Of a stretch of 64,000 nt of DNA, positions 1 through 9,421 are shown in pieces. A program made the position numbers and the translations under genes. The DNA comes from Diplonema japonicum. Taxonomy: Eukaryota; Protista; Euglenozoa: Diplonemea. The DNA is taken from positions 124,001 to 188,000 of the forward strand of contig OZ025755.1 in NCBI GenBank assembly GCA_964019335.1. Direction: 5' to 3'. The notes beneath the pieces were generated by a model, which did no database searches, was not told the DNA's origin, and was given only the letters and a program-made list of their open reading frames with translations. The stretch's first letter is position 1; each line of letters starts with the position of its first letter.

Positions 1-1052
1 AATGGGCACGGCAGGAAACCCAACACCGGCCTCTCACCAGCATGAGACACCTCTTCCCACCCGTCAAAGAAACCTTGCGATTGAAGCCTCTGTCTCAACA
101 CTTGTTCCCGTTCGGCGTCGCCTTGCGAACGGTACGCTGCCAGCAGCGTGTGTAGGAGGTAAGGGTGCGGGGCGGAATTGTAAAGCTCCAACTGGGCTTC
201 GAGAAAATCAAGAACAGGGTGACGAACCCCGTCGGTTTGAGCAGGGAGGAATGCAGTGGGTGGCCGTTCTGTGGTGACCACCACGCCTCCCCCGTGCTTG
301 TGATATAAATCGCAGAGAGCGACCACCCCGTGCAGACCCATCATCGGGGACAATTTATGCCGCATCCGCTGCATCATGTCTTCAAACAACAGGGTGTTGA
401 TGTCTTCAGAACCTTCAACGATTGCCGAGGAGCCCCACAGAATGAGATCGAAAGTATGTCGGTTCGGTTTAACAGATTGCATTGTCATTTCTGCGGCGAG
501 GCTTTTTAGACAATCGGGTTTTTGTTGTGTTTTGATAGTGTTATAGATCAGCGAGTTGTAGCACCGGACAGAGTTGGTGGAGAGGTTGTTGTGTTTCATT
601 TCCTGAAGAATTGAAGTTTTGAACGCTTCCCCCGCAGCTAAGGAAAGCACGCTGCAATACACCTCTTCACAGGGCACGATTCCGGAACGTACCACGTTTG
701 TGAGGATGTAGTCTATATCCTCTGATGCTGCTTTTAATGGTGTTGCGTCCTTTGCGATTTGGTCCAGCCTCGCCACGGCTTCCTTCACAGCGACTTCTCT
801 TCGGAGGCTCAGTTTTGTTGGGTAGCGTTCTTCCAGCGTTTCCCACCTTGAGCGGTGGCAGGCTGTCACGACCAGCCTCTTGTGCACGGGGTACCCGGCC
901 TCATCGATGAGCTGTAACACTTTCTCAACTCCGTTTTTATGCACACCATTCTTCACAAATTCGTGTAACATCTTCGCACGTTTCAACGGTCCCATTGCCG
1001 TTCCAACACAGGCACCTGCCACTAAAGAGGCAGCGTGAGCGTGGGGGTTCAT
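1..1052 (-). CDS. Pentatricopeptide-repeat (PPR)-like protein, 3' end runs off the window
   Basis: Manual translation from ATG at 1052 is open to base 1; it is absent from the ORF track because there is no stop. PPR-like motifs: SVRCYNSLIYNTIK..LKSLAAEMTMQSVKPNRHTFDLILWG and PYLLHTLLAAYRSQGDAE. Confidence 0.7.
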   Translation of the reverse strand, partial: MNPHAHAASLVAGACVGTAMGPLKRAKMLHEFVKNGVHKNGVEKVLQLIDEAGYPVHKRLVVTACHRSRWETLEERYPTKLSLRREVAVKEAVARLDQIAKDATPLKAASEDIDYILTNVVRSGIVPCEEVYCSVLSLAAGEAFKTSILQEMKHNNLSTNSVRCYNSLIYNTIKTQQKPDCLKSLAAEMTMQSVKPNRHTFDLILWGSSAIVEGSEDINTLLFEDMMQRMRHKLSPMMGLHGVVALCDLYHKHGGGVVVTTERPPTAFLPAQTDGVRHPVLDFLEAQLELYNSAPHPYLLHTLLAAYRSQGDAEREQVLRQRLQSQGFFDGWEEVSHAGERPVLGFLPCP

Positions 1053-1128
1053 CTGCCCCCCCCTCCTTCTCTCCTCTTTTTTTTTTTTTTTTTTTTTGAC
1101 CAGAAAAAAAAAAAAAAAAAAAAAAAAA

Positions 1129-1785
1129 TTATGAACTCCGTTTCACAGCTTTGATAACATAAGCATGCTCTCCGTATCTTCGTTCTTTGAGTATCTCCGC
1201 GTTGCAGTTGTGCTGCGTCTTTAAGATCTCGACCACCTCTTCAGGTTCGTTCTGGTGGATGAGAAGCAGGTACAGCGTGCCTGTCCCAGGGTTGAGAAGC
1301 GGTGCTAATTCGGCAAGGAACGCATCTGTTACGATTCGTCCGCGGGGTCCTCCTGCCCAAGCGGCCGTTATACCGCCTTCATAAGCTTCTTCAGTGGTGG
1401 AGGGGACGTAAGGGGGGTTGAAGAAGGCAATATCGATGAAAGGGGTTTTCCGGAAGGATTTGAGTAGATCGCTTTGAAGGACTTCACCGTGAGAGACGTT
1501 GTTTGCACTGTAAGTAGCCTGGGTGACCTTGCAGGCTTTCGGGTTGATGTCCACTCCTATCAGATTGAACGGGCCGGCTTGTTCCTGTTCCGCCAGCCAT
1601 GCTCCGAAGGCTCCTACTATTCCGCTCCCCACCCCGACTTCAACGGCCACACCGCCGCGACCTACAACTTTTTTGAAATGCTCCTTGTCCTGCTCAATAG
1701 CATCCAGGAGGAGAAAACTATCCTGAGCCGGTTCGTAGACATCATCCCAGCAAGCGATGTGGGATAAGTCCGGTGTGTGCGGCAT
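1129..1785 (-). CDS. N6AMT1: HemK2/N6AMT1 (Mtq2) eRF1 glutamine methyltransferase
   Basis: VYEPAQDSFLLLDA N-terminus, SAM motif EVGVGSG, GVDINP, NPPY and AWAGG.RGR; A-tract directly before ATG. Confidence 0.93.
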   Translation of the reverse strand: MPHTPDLSHIACWDDVYEPAQDSFLLLDAIEQDKEHFKKVVGRGGVAVEVGVGSGIVGAFGAWLAEQEQAGPFNLIGVDINPKACKVTQATYSANNVSHGEVLQSDLLKSFRKTPFIDIAFFNPPYVPSTTEEAYEGGITAAWAGGPRGRIVTDAFLAELAPLLNPGTGTLYLLLIHQNEPEEVVEILKTQHNCNAEILKERRYGEHAYVIKAVKRSS

Positions 1786-1857
1786 TTTTTTTTTTTTTTT
1801 TTTTTTTTTTCCCTTTGGGGTTTGTTATAAAATTGAAAAAAAAAAAAAAAAAAAAAT

Positions 1858-2058
1858 TCAACGTGCGTACTCTACTGTGTACCCTTTTTTCCGGTTTGGC
1901 AGCCGGATGCTGACCGTCTGGTTAACGGGCCCTCCCGCTGCTCCCGCGGACCTCACCACATAACCCTGGCTTCCTGGGAGGGTCAAGGCCACCCCCGAGC
2001 GCGGGATAACGGTCTCGTACCCGGTACTCGGCTTCACACGTTTCTTTTCAACCGGCAT
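1858..2058 (-). CDS. 66-aa hypothetical microprotein
   Basis: The ORF exactly fills a GC-rich island between homopolymer tracts, with the same A-tract/ATG and stop/T-tract punctuation as neighbouring genes. Confidence 0.6.
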   Translation of the reverse strand: MPVEKKRVKPSTGYETVIPRSGVALTLPGSQGYVVRSAGAAGGPVNQTVSIRLPNRKKGYTVEYAR

Positions 2059-2202
2059 ACTATTTTTTTTTTTTTTTTTTTTTTTTTTTTCCGTCTTTCT
2101 TTTCCTCCCCCCCCCAAAAAAAAATGTGTAAGTCCCTCTTTTGAGAAAGAAAATTGCGAGGAATGATGAAAAAAAAAAATTTTTCTTTTTTTTTTTTACT
2201 CT

Positions 2203-3027
2203 TTACTCCTTCCGCCTTGCCAAGAAATTCACAACAGGCCGGCCGTCGGAAATGATAGTTTCCTCGTTCAGAATAGTTTCGAAACCGCCGTCGGAGCAGA
2301 AGAAATCCTCAAGCTCCCCATGCTGGAAGTAATGCTTAGGGTTCTTAGGGGTACCGATCAACTGGCATCCGTCCACAAAGTGCGAGTACAAAACAAAACC
2401 CCCCGGGGCTACGGAAGCCTTGATACCAGGAAGCGTTTCCCGCAGAAGAAACCGCACAACAACTACTAGGTTCACAGAAAACGGAGGAACAGGCCAAGGA
2501 TCACGTTTCAAGTCAGCGTTAATGGTAATGGGCTTGTGAACATGATTAGGCATCCTTTCAGCCAGATCTTTTACATGATGTAAGAGCGAAGGCCTGTTGT
2601 CAATACCGGTGACTTTCCACCCTCTGTTTGATAAATATGCAATGTCGCGCCCATGGCCGCATCCAATGTCACACGCCGTTCTGTGTTCTAATGGGGTGAG
2701 GGTTTCTATAGTTTGGATCAGATCGACTAGAAGAGGGGTTGGTTTCCATAAATATTCGCCCTCGGCTCCTTTTCCTTGCATTTCCTCGGGGACTTCCGCG
2801 AGTGTCAAGGTGGCCACGTCCCAGCCGGCTTTTTCTACTCTTGCCACGATCGGTCCCGTTTCTTTTTCGTCTCCTATAATGGTTATTTTTATTTTTGTTT
2901 CCGGCAGCTCGTAGAGCCTTTCGCTGACTTGATTCGCGGGTATCCATACACTTCCCGTTACTGTGCGATGCAGCCACTCTTCCTTTGTTCTCACATCAAC
3001 GAATTTTCTCTCTGCATGGATTTCCAT
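2203..3027 (-). CDS. Rhodanese-like domain + class I SAM methyltransferase (TehB-like)
   Basis: FVDVRTKEEWLHRTVTGSVWIP (rhodanese) followed by ACDIGCGHGRD..LSNRGWKVTGID and VAPGGFVLY. Start placed at MEIHA; the ORF-track extension is poly-K. Confidence 0.85.
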   Translation of the reverse strand: MEIHAERKFVDVRTKEEWLHRTVTGSVWIPANQVSERLYELPETKIKITIIGDEKETGPIVARVEKAGWDVATLTLAEVPEEMQGKGAEGEYLWKPTPLLVDLIQTIETLTPLEHRTACDIGCGHGRDIAYLSNRGWKVTGIDNRPSLLHHVKDLAERMPNHVHKPITINADLKRDPWPVPPFSVNLVVVVRFLLRETLPGIKASVAPGGFVLYSHFVDGCQLIGTPKNPKHYFQHGELEDFFCSDGGFETILNEETIISDGRPVVNFLARRKE

Positions 3028-4140
3028 TTTGTGTAGTTTTTTTTTTTTTTTTTTTTTCCTTTTTTTTTTTTTGAAACTACAACAACATGGCAAAAAAAAA
3101 CAAGTAAAAAGAGAGGGAGAGAAAAGAAAAAAAAGAAAGAAAAAAAATGTGGATTAAAGGGGGGGGGGGGACCATCGTGTGGAAAGGCCTTGGGAAAGTT
3201 TTTTTTTTTATATATGGGAGGAGAGGGATTGGTTCGGGGAGGGTTGAGGAGTCCCTTTTCTTATTAATTTTCCCCCTCCGCTTTCCTTTTTTTTTTTGTC
3301 TCTTTTTTTTTTGCCCCCCTAGATAGATGGTCAAGAGGAGAAGGGTTTTTTTTTTTTTTTTTTTTTTCAAAAAAAAAAAAAAAAAAAGAACCATCTTCTG
3401 CTGGAGGGGACATGGGGAAGAGAAGTAAAAAAAAAAAAAAAAAAAAAAAAAGAGAGAGAGAGAAAAATAAAACAGAAGGTGGACAGGGGGTATCAACTGA
3501 GCGAACAGCAAATTTTCATTGGTTTCCCCCATCACTAAGATATTAACAGAGCTTTGAGTTCGCGGTCGGTAAAGGGGGCAGGGAGGGATGGTGAAATGAT
3601 TTTTTGACAACACAAAAATTGCAAATATCCGTTTCTACGTCCACTTAGACTCAAATAGGAGGACCAAAGGGAAGGGATGGGAACTTTTTTTTTTCTTCTT
3701 TTTTCTTTTTTTTTGTTCACCATGAACACGTCGGGTGGGGGGGGGGGGGGGGGGGGGAGAGGGTTTTTTTTTTTTTTTTTTTCCCCTCTCTTAATTCTAC
3801 TTGAGGTTCGTTTCATCCATTTGTGGAAAAAACCCAGTCCTCGGACAGGAGAATTTTTCTTTTTTCTTTTTTTTTTTTTTTTTTTTTTCCATCGCTCGGT
3901 TTGTTTTGTGCACACTCTTTTTAACCTTTACAAGGAGACCTTACAGCACTTGTAAGGGAAGAAAAAGGATTGAGTGCGTGAAAAGAAAGTGGGCTGAGCA
4001 CGACCTCATTGAGCGGGTCTCAAACAAGAAAGTGCCCCCCATGGCATTACCTTTCACAACACTCCCTAAGATACAGTTTTCAAATCATATTTTTTTTTTT
4101 TTGGCCACTGTGGAACAGACAAGAGACAGAGGGAAGGGAG

Positions 4141-4174
<34 letters not shown>

Positions 4175-4404
4175 CAAAGAGAGTAACAATCGTATGCATA
4201 CTCCCCCCCTCCCCACATTTTTTTTTTAAAAAGGAGCGTTTGTGTAAGAGATGGGGGAAAGGGGATCCTTCATAACACATCTTTTGCTAGAGAGGGATGA
4301 TTCCTTTTTTTTTTCCTTTTTTTTTCTTTCGCTTCTAGATTACTCCCAGTTTATTTACTGTTTTTTTTTTTTTTTTTTTGTTTTTTTTTGTCCCAAGGAA
4401 GTCA

Positions 4405-5514
4405 CTACCTCAGAGGAGGCGGAGGAGGGAAACCACTCCCCGTGGAAGGAGGACCAGGAGCAGGGGGTTTCGGGGCCAAAGGAGGCGGAGGAGGGAAGTT
4501 GTTCCCCGGGGACAAAGGAGGCGGAGGAGGGAAACCACTCCCCGTGGAAGGAGGACCAGGAGCAGGGGGCTTCGGGGCCAAAGGAGGCGGAGGAGGGAAA
4601 CCATTGCCACCAGAAGGAGGCAAGGCCGGAAGGTACTTTTCCTCCGAAGGGTCATGGACACACACACGGCACTTGTTCACTGTGGGCCAAGGACCATTCG
4701 GCTTATGCATCTTCGGGCACAGGTGCCTCTCACAAACACCGCTGGTCCAAGCACACTCTCCTGGGATGGAGGTGTGGCACGACCCTTCGTCATGGTATGA
4801 GGAGCAGTCAGCGGTGGCTGCAGAGTAAGCAAAGAATGTGAACTCCATGTCTGTCGTCATCTTCACCACATCAGTCTCGCCTTCCTTTGCCGCCCTGTGG
4901 TACACCACGAGGCTGTGCAGGTGGCTCTTCTCGTTCACATCGAGGTCCAACGCCACCCCACAGCGGAAGGGCTTGAACCCCTGAACAAGAAGGTTGGCTT
5001 GGAGGTTCCCACCATCAGCAACCTCGCAAGGAGGGCAGCTGTACATGACAACAAAGTGGTCGCACATCTTGTGCGGTCCGCCTTGGTTCGCAGAGCATGT
5101 CATGTGCATCTCGAAGCCAGACTTCGTGCGCACAGTGGGGACCTGTGCCCACCTCCCGATCATCGTGGGGGGGAAGTTCAGGAACCTCGAGTTGTCCATG
5201 TCCGTGTAGCCCTTCATGCCGTCAGCAAGGCGTGTCACCCTTGGGGTCGCACCGCTCGGGACAACAGGGGTGGACCCCTCGCTTGCCAGCGAAGCCTCAC
5301 AGCTCGCCTCGCCCTGCTTGGGGGTAGGAGCACCCGCACACGGGATCACACAGCTTGTCCCATCCGCACGCACGCACCTCCCGGCCTTGTCGTTCACCGC
5401 AGCCAGCCCAAGACAGGCAAACTCGTTGCAGTTCGCTCCCTTCGTTCCCACGATGTCGCTCCCCTCCACGCCTAACGCCAGCCACACAACCGTAAATGTT
5501 GCAAGGGCTTTCAT
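4405..5514 (-). CDS. Secreted Cys-rich protein with C-terminal FPPPPPL repeats, copy 1
   Basis: Signal peptide MKALATFTVVWLALGVEG, many Cys, PSI-like CSSYHDEGSC..CAW..GVC, four FPPPPPL motifs; duplicated at 8390-9421. Confidence 0.85.
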   Translation of the reverse strand: MKALATFTVVWLALGVEGSDIVGTKGANCNEFACLGLAAVNDKAGRCVRADGTSCVIPCAGAPTPKQGEASCEASLASEGSTPVVPSGATPRVTRLADGMKGYTDMDNSRFLNFPPTMIGRWAQVPTVRTKSGFEMHMTCSANQGGPHKMCDHFVVMYSCPPCEVADGGNLQANLLVQGFKPFRCGVALDLDVNEKSHLHSLVVYHRAAKEGETDVVKMTTDMEFTFFAYSAATADCSSYHDEGSCHTSIPGECAWTSGVCERHLCPKMHKPNGPWPTVNKCRVCVHDPSEEKYLPALPPSGGNGFPPPPPLAPKPPAPGPPSTGSGFPPPPPLSPGNNFPPPPPLAPKPPAPGPPSTGSGFPPPPPLR

Positions 5515-5740
5515 GGGAGTTCCCTCTTTTTTTTTGTGTATGTTTTTTTTTTTTTTTTTGTTTTTGTTTTACCTAAATATATTTGATGGTACCATAGTGT
5601 CCAGGGTTAACCGATCACCTTCGGGTTTTGAAACCCGACCCGAGCAATTTTAGATTTTCGATCACAGTCGGGTTAATGATCGGTTTTTTTCTAATTTCGG
5701 ATCGGTCTGATCGGTTTTTTTTAATTTCGGATCGGTTTGA

Positions 5741-6137
5741 TCGATCCAAAACCCATATTTCTGGCAAAAAAATACCAAGACCATGCTCAATTTTTTTTTT
5801 TTCAAAAACCCTATTTTGACGATCTGAGCCCATTCCAGCCATTAAAACCCAAAATAGAGCCTTATTTAAGGCCTTAAATGCAGTTTTGAAAAAACTGGTT
5901 TTCAGACCTGTAATTCTCCTGGGTCAGGGAGTCCAAGTTAAAAACAACAGGATTTATGATCGGTTTCATCAATCCAAAACCGATATTTCTGGCAAAAAAC
6001 ACCAAGACCATGCTCAAAAAATTCTTTTTTTCTAAAAACCTTATTTTGACGATCTGAGCCCATTCCAGCCATCAAAACCCAAAATAGAGCCTTATTTAAG
6101 GCCTTAAATGCAGCTTTGAAAAAACTGGTTTTCGGAC
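5741..6137. repeat. Two copies of a ~165-bp unit inside the TIR element
   Basis: ATCCAAAAC..CTGGCAAAA..GACGATCTGAGCCCATTCCAGCC..GCCTTAAATGCAG..AAAACTGGTTTTC at ~5741-5907 and ~5970-6137. Confidence 0.9.
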
Positions 6138-6224
6138 TTTTTTATTATTTTCGTAAGAACTCACCCCAAATACTTTTTTTTAGGATAAAATGTCCGACAC
6201 TTGTTCCTCTTCCTCTTCTGAAGA

Positions 6225-6451
6225 ATGTGACATCTTCAGAGGTGCGATACAAGACTCAGCTCTTGGAGAAGAGCAGGGACCAGCTGGTGGCCCATGCCAA
6301 AGGGAGGAAATTAAGCTCCTACGGCACCAAGGGCACACTTGCTAGCAGGATCGCTGCTGACAAGGCTAAGAACGCTTCCGTGTGTCCCATGGAGCTTTTC
6401 AAGGCGCCCCCTTACTTTGTGCGTTGCTACTTCCCGTTCAAGTTTCAATAA
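6225..6451 (+). pseudogene. SAP-domain-like reading frame inside the TIR element
   Basis: KSRDQLVAHAKGRKLSSYGTKGTLASRI fits the SAP pattern (L...lk.RgL...GtK..L..Rl). There is no in-frame ATG; an out-of-frame MSDTCSSSSSEE start lies at 6190. Confidence 0.5.
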
Positions 6452-6469
6452 AAAAACCCGCCAAAAACA

Positions 6470-7175
6470 GGGAGAATGCCGATTTTCGGGAAAATAATCC
6501 TTTTCTAAGTTGTTTCGATGCAGGCGTTGTGTACCTGGGAGGTCCGGGAGACGAATAGAAGGGTTATAAGTATGGTTGCATGCTCTCCTCCCGTTCTAAT
6601 TATTGATTTTTGATTTCGCTCCTATTTAAACAGAAAAAAGAAGAAAAACCGCCAAAAAAAGCGAAAAAACAGCTTTTCGGGAAAATAATCCTTTTCTAAG
6701 TCGTTTTGATGCTCCCTGGGGTCGGCTTTGTGTATCTGGGGGGCCCGGGGGACGAATAAAAGGGTTATTATATGCATGGTTGCGTGCTCTCCTCCCGTTT
6801 TAATTATTGACTTTTGATTTCGCTCCCAATTAGGATCCTGCCTGAAACAGGGAAGCACCAGCTTTTCGGGAAAATAATCCTTTTCTATGTCATTTTGATG
6901 CTCCCTGGGGTCGGCTTTGTGTATCTGGGGGGGCCGGGGGATGAAACGAAGGGTTTTAAGCATGATTGCATGCTCTCCTCCTGTTTTAATTTTTGATTTT
7001 CGATTTTTTTTGTTTTTTCGCTTTTAATTAAAAACCCGTCAAAAAAAGCGAAAAAACAGCTTTTCGGGAAAATAATCCTTTTCTAAGTCGTTTTGATGCT
7101 CCCTGGGGCCGGCTTTGTGTATCTGGGGGGCCCGGGATACGAATATAAGGGTTTTAAGCATGGTTGCATGCTCGC
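6470..7175. repeat. Four copies of a ~190-197-bp tandem unit inside the TIR element
   Basis: TTTTCGGGAAAATAATCCTTTTCTA recurs near 6483, 6674, 6863 and 7060 with conserved downstream sequence. Confidence 0.9.
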
Positions 7176-7282
7176 CTTTCATTTGACGTCAATTTAAAAC
7201 CCGATTGTAATTAAAAACCCGCGGGTGATCGGTTAACCCTGGATACTATGTGGTACTATAGAGAAAGAAAACAAGTCTTTGG

Positions 7283-7320
<38 letters not shown>

Positions 7321-8170
7321 AAGAATAAAAAAAAGGGAGAGCGAAAGAGAAACGATGTTTTCAGGACACCATTCTCCAGGAGGGAGAGGAAAGGGAATAT
7401 GGGAAGAGCTACTGAATAAACAGTTGACAATATGGGGGGGGGGGGGGGGGTAGACTATTTTTACACCGATTTAAACACACAGTTGAGTACGTGGTAAACG
7501 TGCACCAGACGGCGGCCCGTCGTTTCCTTTCCTTATCTGGAATACAAATGCAGGAAGGTGTGCGCGGACACTCCCCTACCTCCCTCCTCTCCGCTTCCGA
7601 GGTTTGAGGGTGGTGGATACTTAGACCCATCGGCTAAAGAAAACAAAGAAGAAAAAAGAAGGCCTCGCAGGAAAAAGGAAGAAGAAGAAAAAAAAGAGGG
7701 TTTTTTCTATTCCTACCATCTTCGAGAGGTATATAGAAAAAAAAAAAAAAAAAGGAAGCGAATAAAAAAAAAAAAAAAAAAAACAAAAAAAAGGTTGCAT
7801 CGTCCATTCGCGAGCGTTTACAGAGGGAGGAAGAAAGAAAGAGAGAAAAAAAAAAAAAAGCCAAAAGTGTCTTCTTCTTTTTTTTTTTTTTTTTTTTTCC
7901 CCTTCCTTTTTTTTTGTTTTTTTGTTTCTGCTCCACTCTTTCTCGATTCTTCTTTATTAGAATTAAGGAAAAAAAAAGAACGAAGAACGAGTGAAAAGGG
8001 AGCATCAACTTGCATCATTTTTTTTTTTTTTTTATTTGCGAACAAAGTGTATTCTATATAATTGCAAACAGAGGCGGGTGGGTAGAAAGAAAGAAATATG
8101 CATCAAACACACCCTGTTTGGTAGTACTTTCGTACAATTTCTCTTTTTCAAAAAAAAAGAATAAGAAAAA

Positions 8171-8258
8171 AAAACTAGTTTGGCGCTTCATTTGTTCGTG
8201 TGCACGAGCGGGATTTTACCTAATATAAAATAGCTCATCGCTGCCATCAACTAGTTTT
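8171..8258. repeat. ~88-bp palindromic dispersed repeat (MITE-like), copy 1
   Basis: AAAACTAGTTTGGCGC...GCTGCCATCAACTAGTTTT; near-identical copy at 60590-60677. Confidence 0.8.
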
Positions 8259-8326
8259 TTTAGTCCCAACAATAGTATTGTTAAAACAAAAACAAAAAAA
8301 AAACCTCTAAATCCTCTGTTCCTCGT

Positions 8327-8359
<33 letters not shown>

Positions 8360-8389
8360 TTCAAGGGTAGGTGTACAGGCTGGAAATCA

Positions 8390-9421
8390 CTACCTCAGAG
8401 GAGGCGGAGGAGGGAAATTGTTCCCCGGGGACAAAGGAGGCGGAGGAGGGAAACCGCTTCCTGGGGAAGGCTTCAAAGGAGGCGGAGGAGGGAAACCATT
8501 GCCACCAGAAGGAGGTGAAACGGGTGAAACGGCCGGAAGGTACTTTTCCTCCGAAGGGTCATGGACACACACACGGCACTTGTTCACTGTGGGCCAAGGA
8601 CCATTCGGCTTATGCATCTTCGGGCACAGGTGCCTCTCACAAACACCGCTGGTCCAAGCACACTCTCCTGGGATGGAGGTGTGGCACGACCCTTCGTCAT
8701 GGTATGAGGAGCAGTCAGCGGTGGCTGCAGAGTAAGCAAAGAATGTGAACTCCATGTCTGTCGTCATCTTCACCACATCAGTCTCGCCTTCCTTTGCCGC
8801 CCTGTGGTACACCACGAGGCTGTGCAGGTGGCTCTTCTCGTTCACATCGAGGTCCAACGCCACCCCACAGCGGAAGGGCTTGAACCCCTGAACAAGAAGG
8901 TTGGCTTGGAGGTTCCCACCATCAGCAACCTCGCAAGGAGGGCAGCTGTACATGACAACAAAGTGGTCGCACATCTTGTGCGGTCCGCCTTGGTTCGCAG
9001 AGCATGTCATGTGCATCTCGAAGCCAGACTTCGTGCGCACAGTGGGGACCTGTGCCCACCTCCCGATCATCGTGGGGGGGAAGTTCAGGAACCTCGAGTT
9101 GTCCATGTCCGTGTAGCCCTTCATGCCGTCAGCAAGGCGTGTCACCCTTGGGGTCGCACCGCTCGGGACAACAGGGGTGGACCCCTCGCTTGCCAGCGAA
9201 GCCTCACAGCTCGCCTCGCCCTGCTTGGGGGTAGGAGCACCCGCACACGGGATCACACAGCTTGTCCCATCCGCACGCACGCACCTCCCGGCCTTGTCGT
9301 TCACCGCAGCCAGCCCAAGACAGGCAAACTCGTTGCAGTTCGCTCCCTTCGTTCCCACGATGTCGCTCCCCTCCACGCCTAACGCCAGCCACACAACCGT
9401 AAATGTTGCAAGGGCTTTCAT
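8390..9421 (-). CDS. Secreted Cys-rich protein with C-terminal FPPPPPL repeats, copy 2
   Basis: Translation identical to copy 1 up to EEKYLPA; different tail with three FPPPPPL motifs. Confidence 0.85.
   Translation of the reverse strand: MKALATFTVVWLALGVEGSDIVGTKGANCNEFACLGLAAVNDKAGRCVRADGTSCVIPCAGAPTPKQGEASCEASLASEGSTPVVPSGATPRVTRLADGMKGYTDMDNSRFLNFPPTMIGRWAQVPTVRTKSGFEMHMTCSANQGGPHKMCDHFVVMYSCPPCEVADGGNLQANLLVQGFKPFRCGVALDLDVNEKSHLHSLVVYHRAAKEGETDVVKMTTDMEFTFFAYSAATADCSSYHDEGSCHTSIPGECAWTSGVCERHLCPKMHKPNGPWPTVNKCRVCVHDPSEEKYLPAVSPVSPPSGGNGFPPPPPLKPSPGSGFPPPPPLSPGNNFPPPPPLR

Larger units (their letters stand above)
5593..7250. mobile_element. Non-autonomous TIR DNA transposon (hAT-like), 1658 bp
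   Basis: About 37-bp TIRs CATAGT(G/A)TCCAGGGTTAACCGATCACC..CGGGTTTT; 6-bp TSD TGGTAC at 5587-5592 and 7251-7256; subterminal GATCGGTTT-type motifs; internal direct repeats. Confidence 0.85.

Noticed and set aside
2963-4400. Numerous poly-K / poly-F ORFs here and at 7233-8230, 24100-25300, 39200-40700 and 52900-55100
   Set aside because: Products of homopolymer-rich UTR or intergenic DNA, with no domain signal.
8171-8258. SECIS element in the 88-bp repeat (ATGA..AAAA..GA on the coding strand)
   Set aside because: Helix II cannot pair, and the upstream genes have no in-frame TGA.
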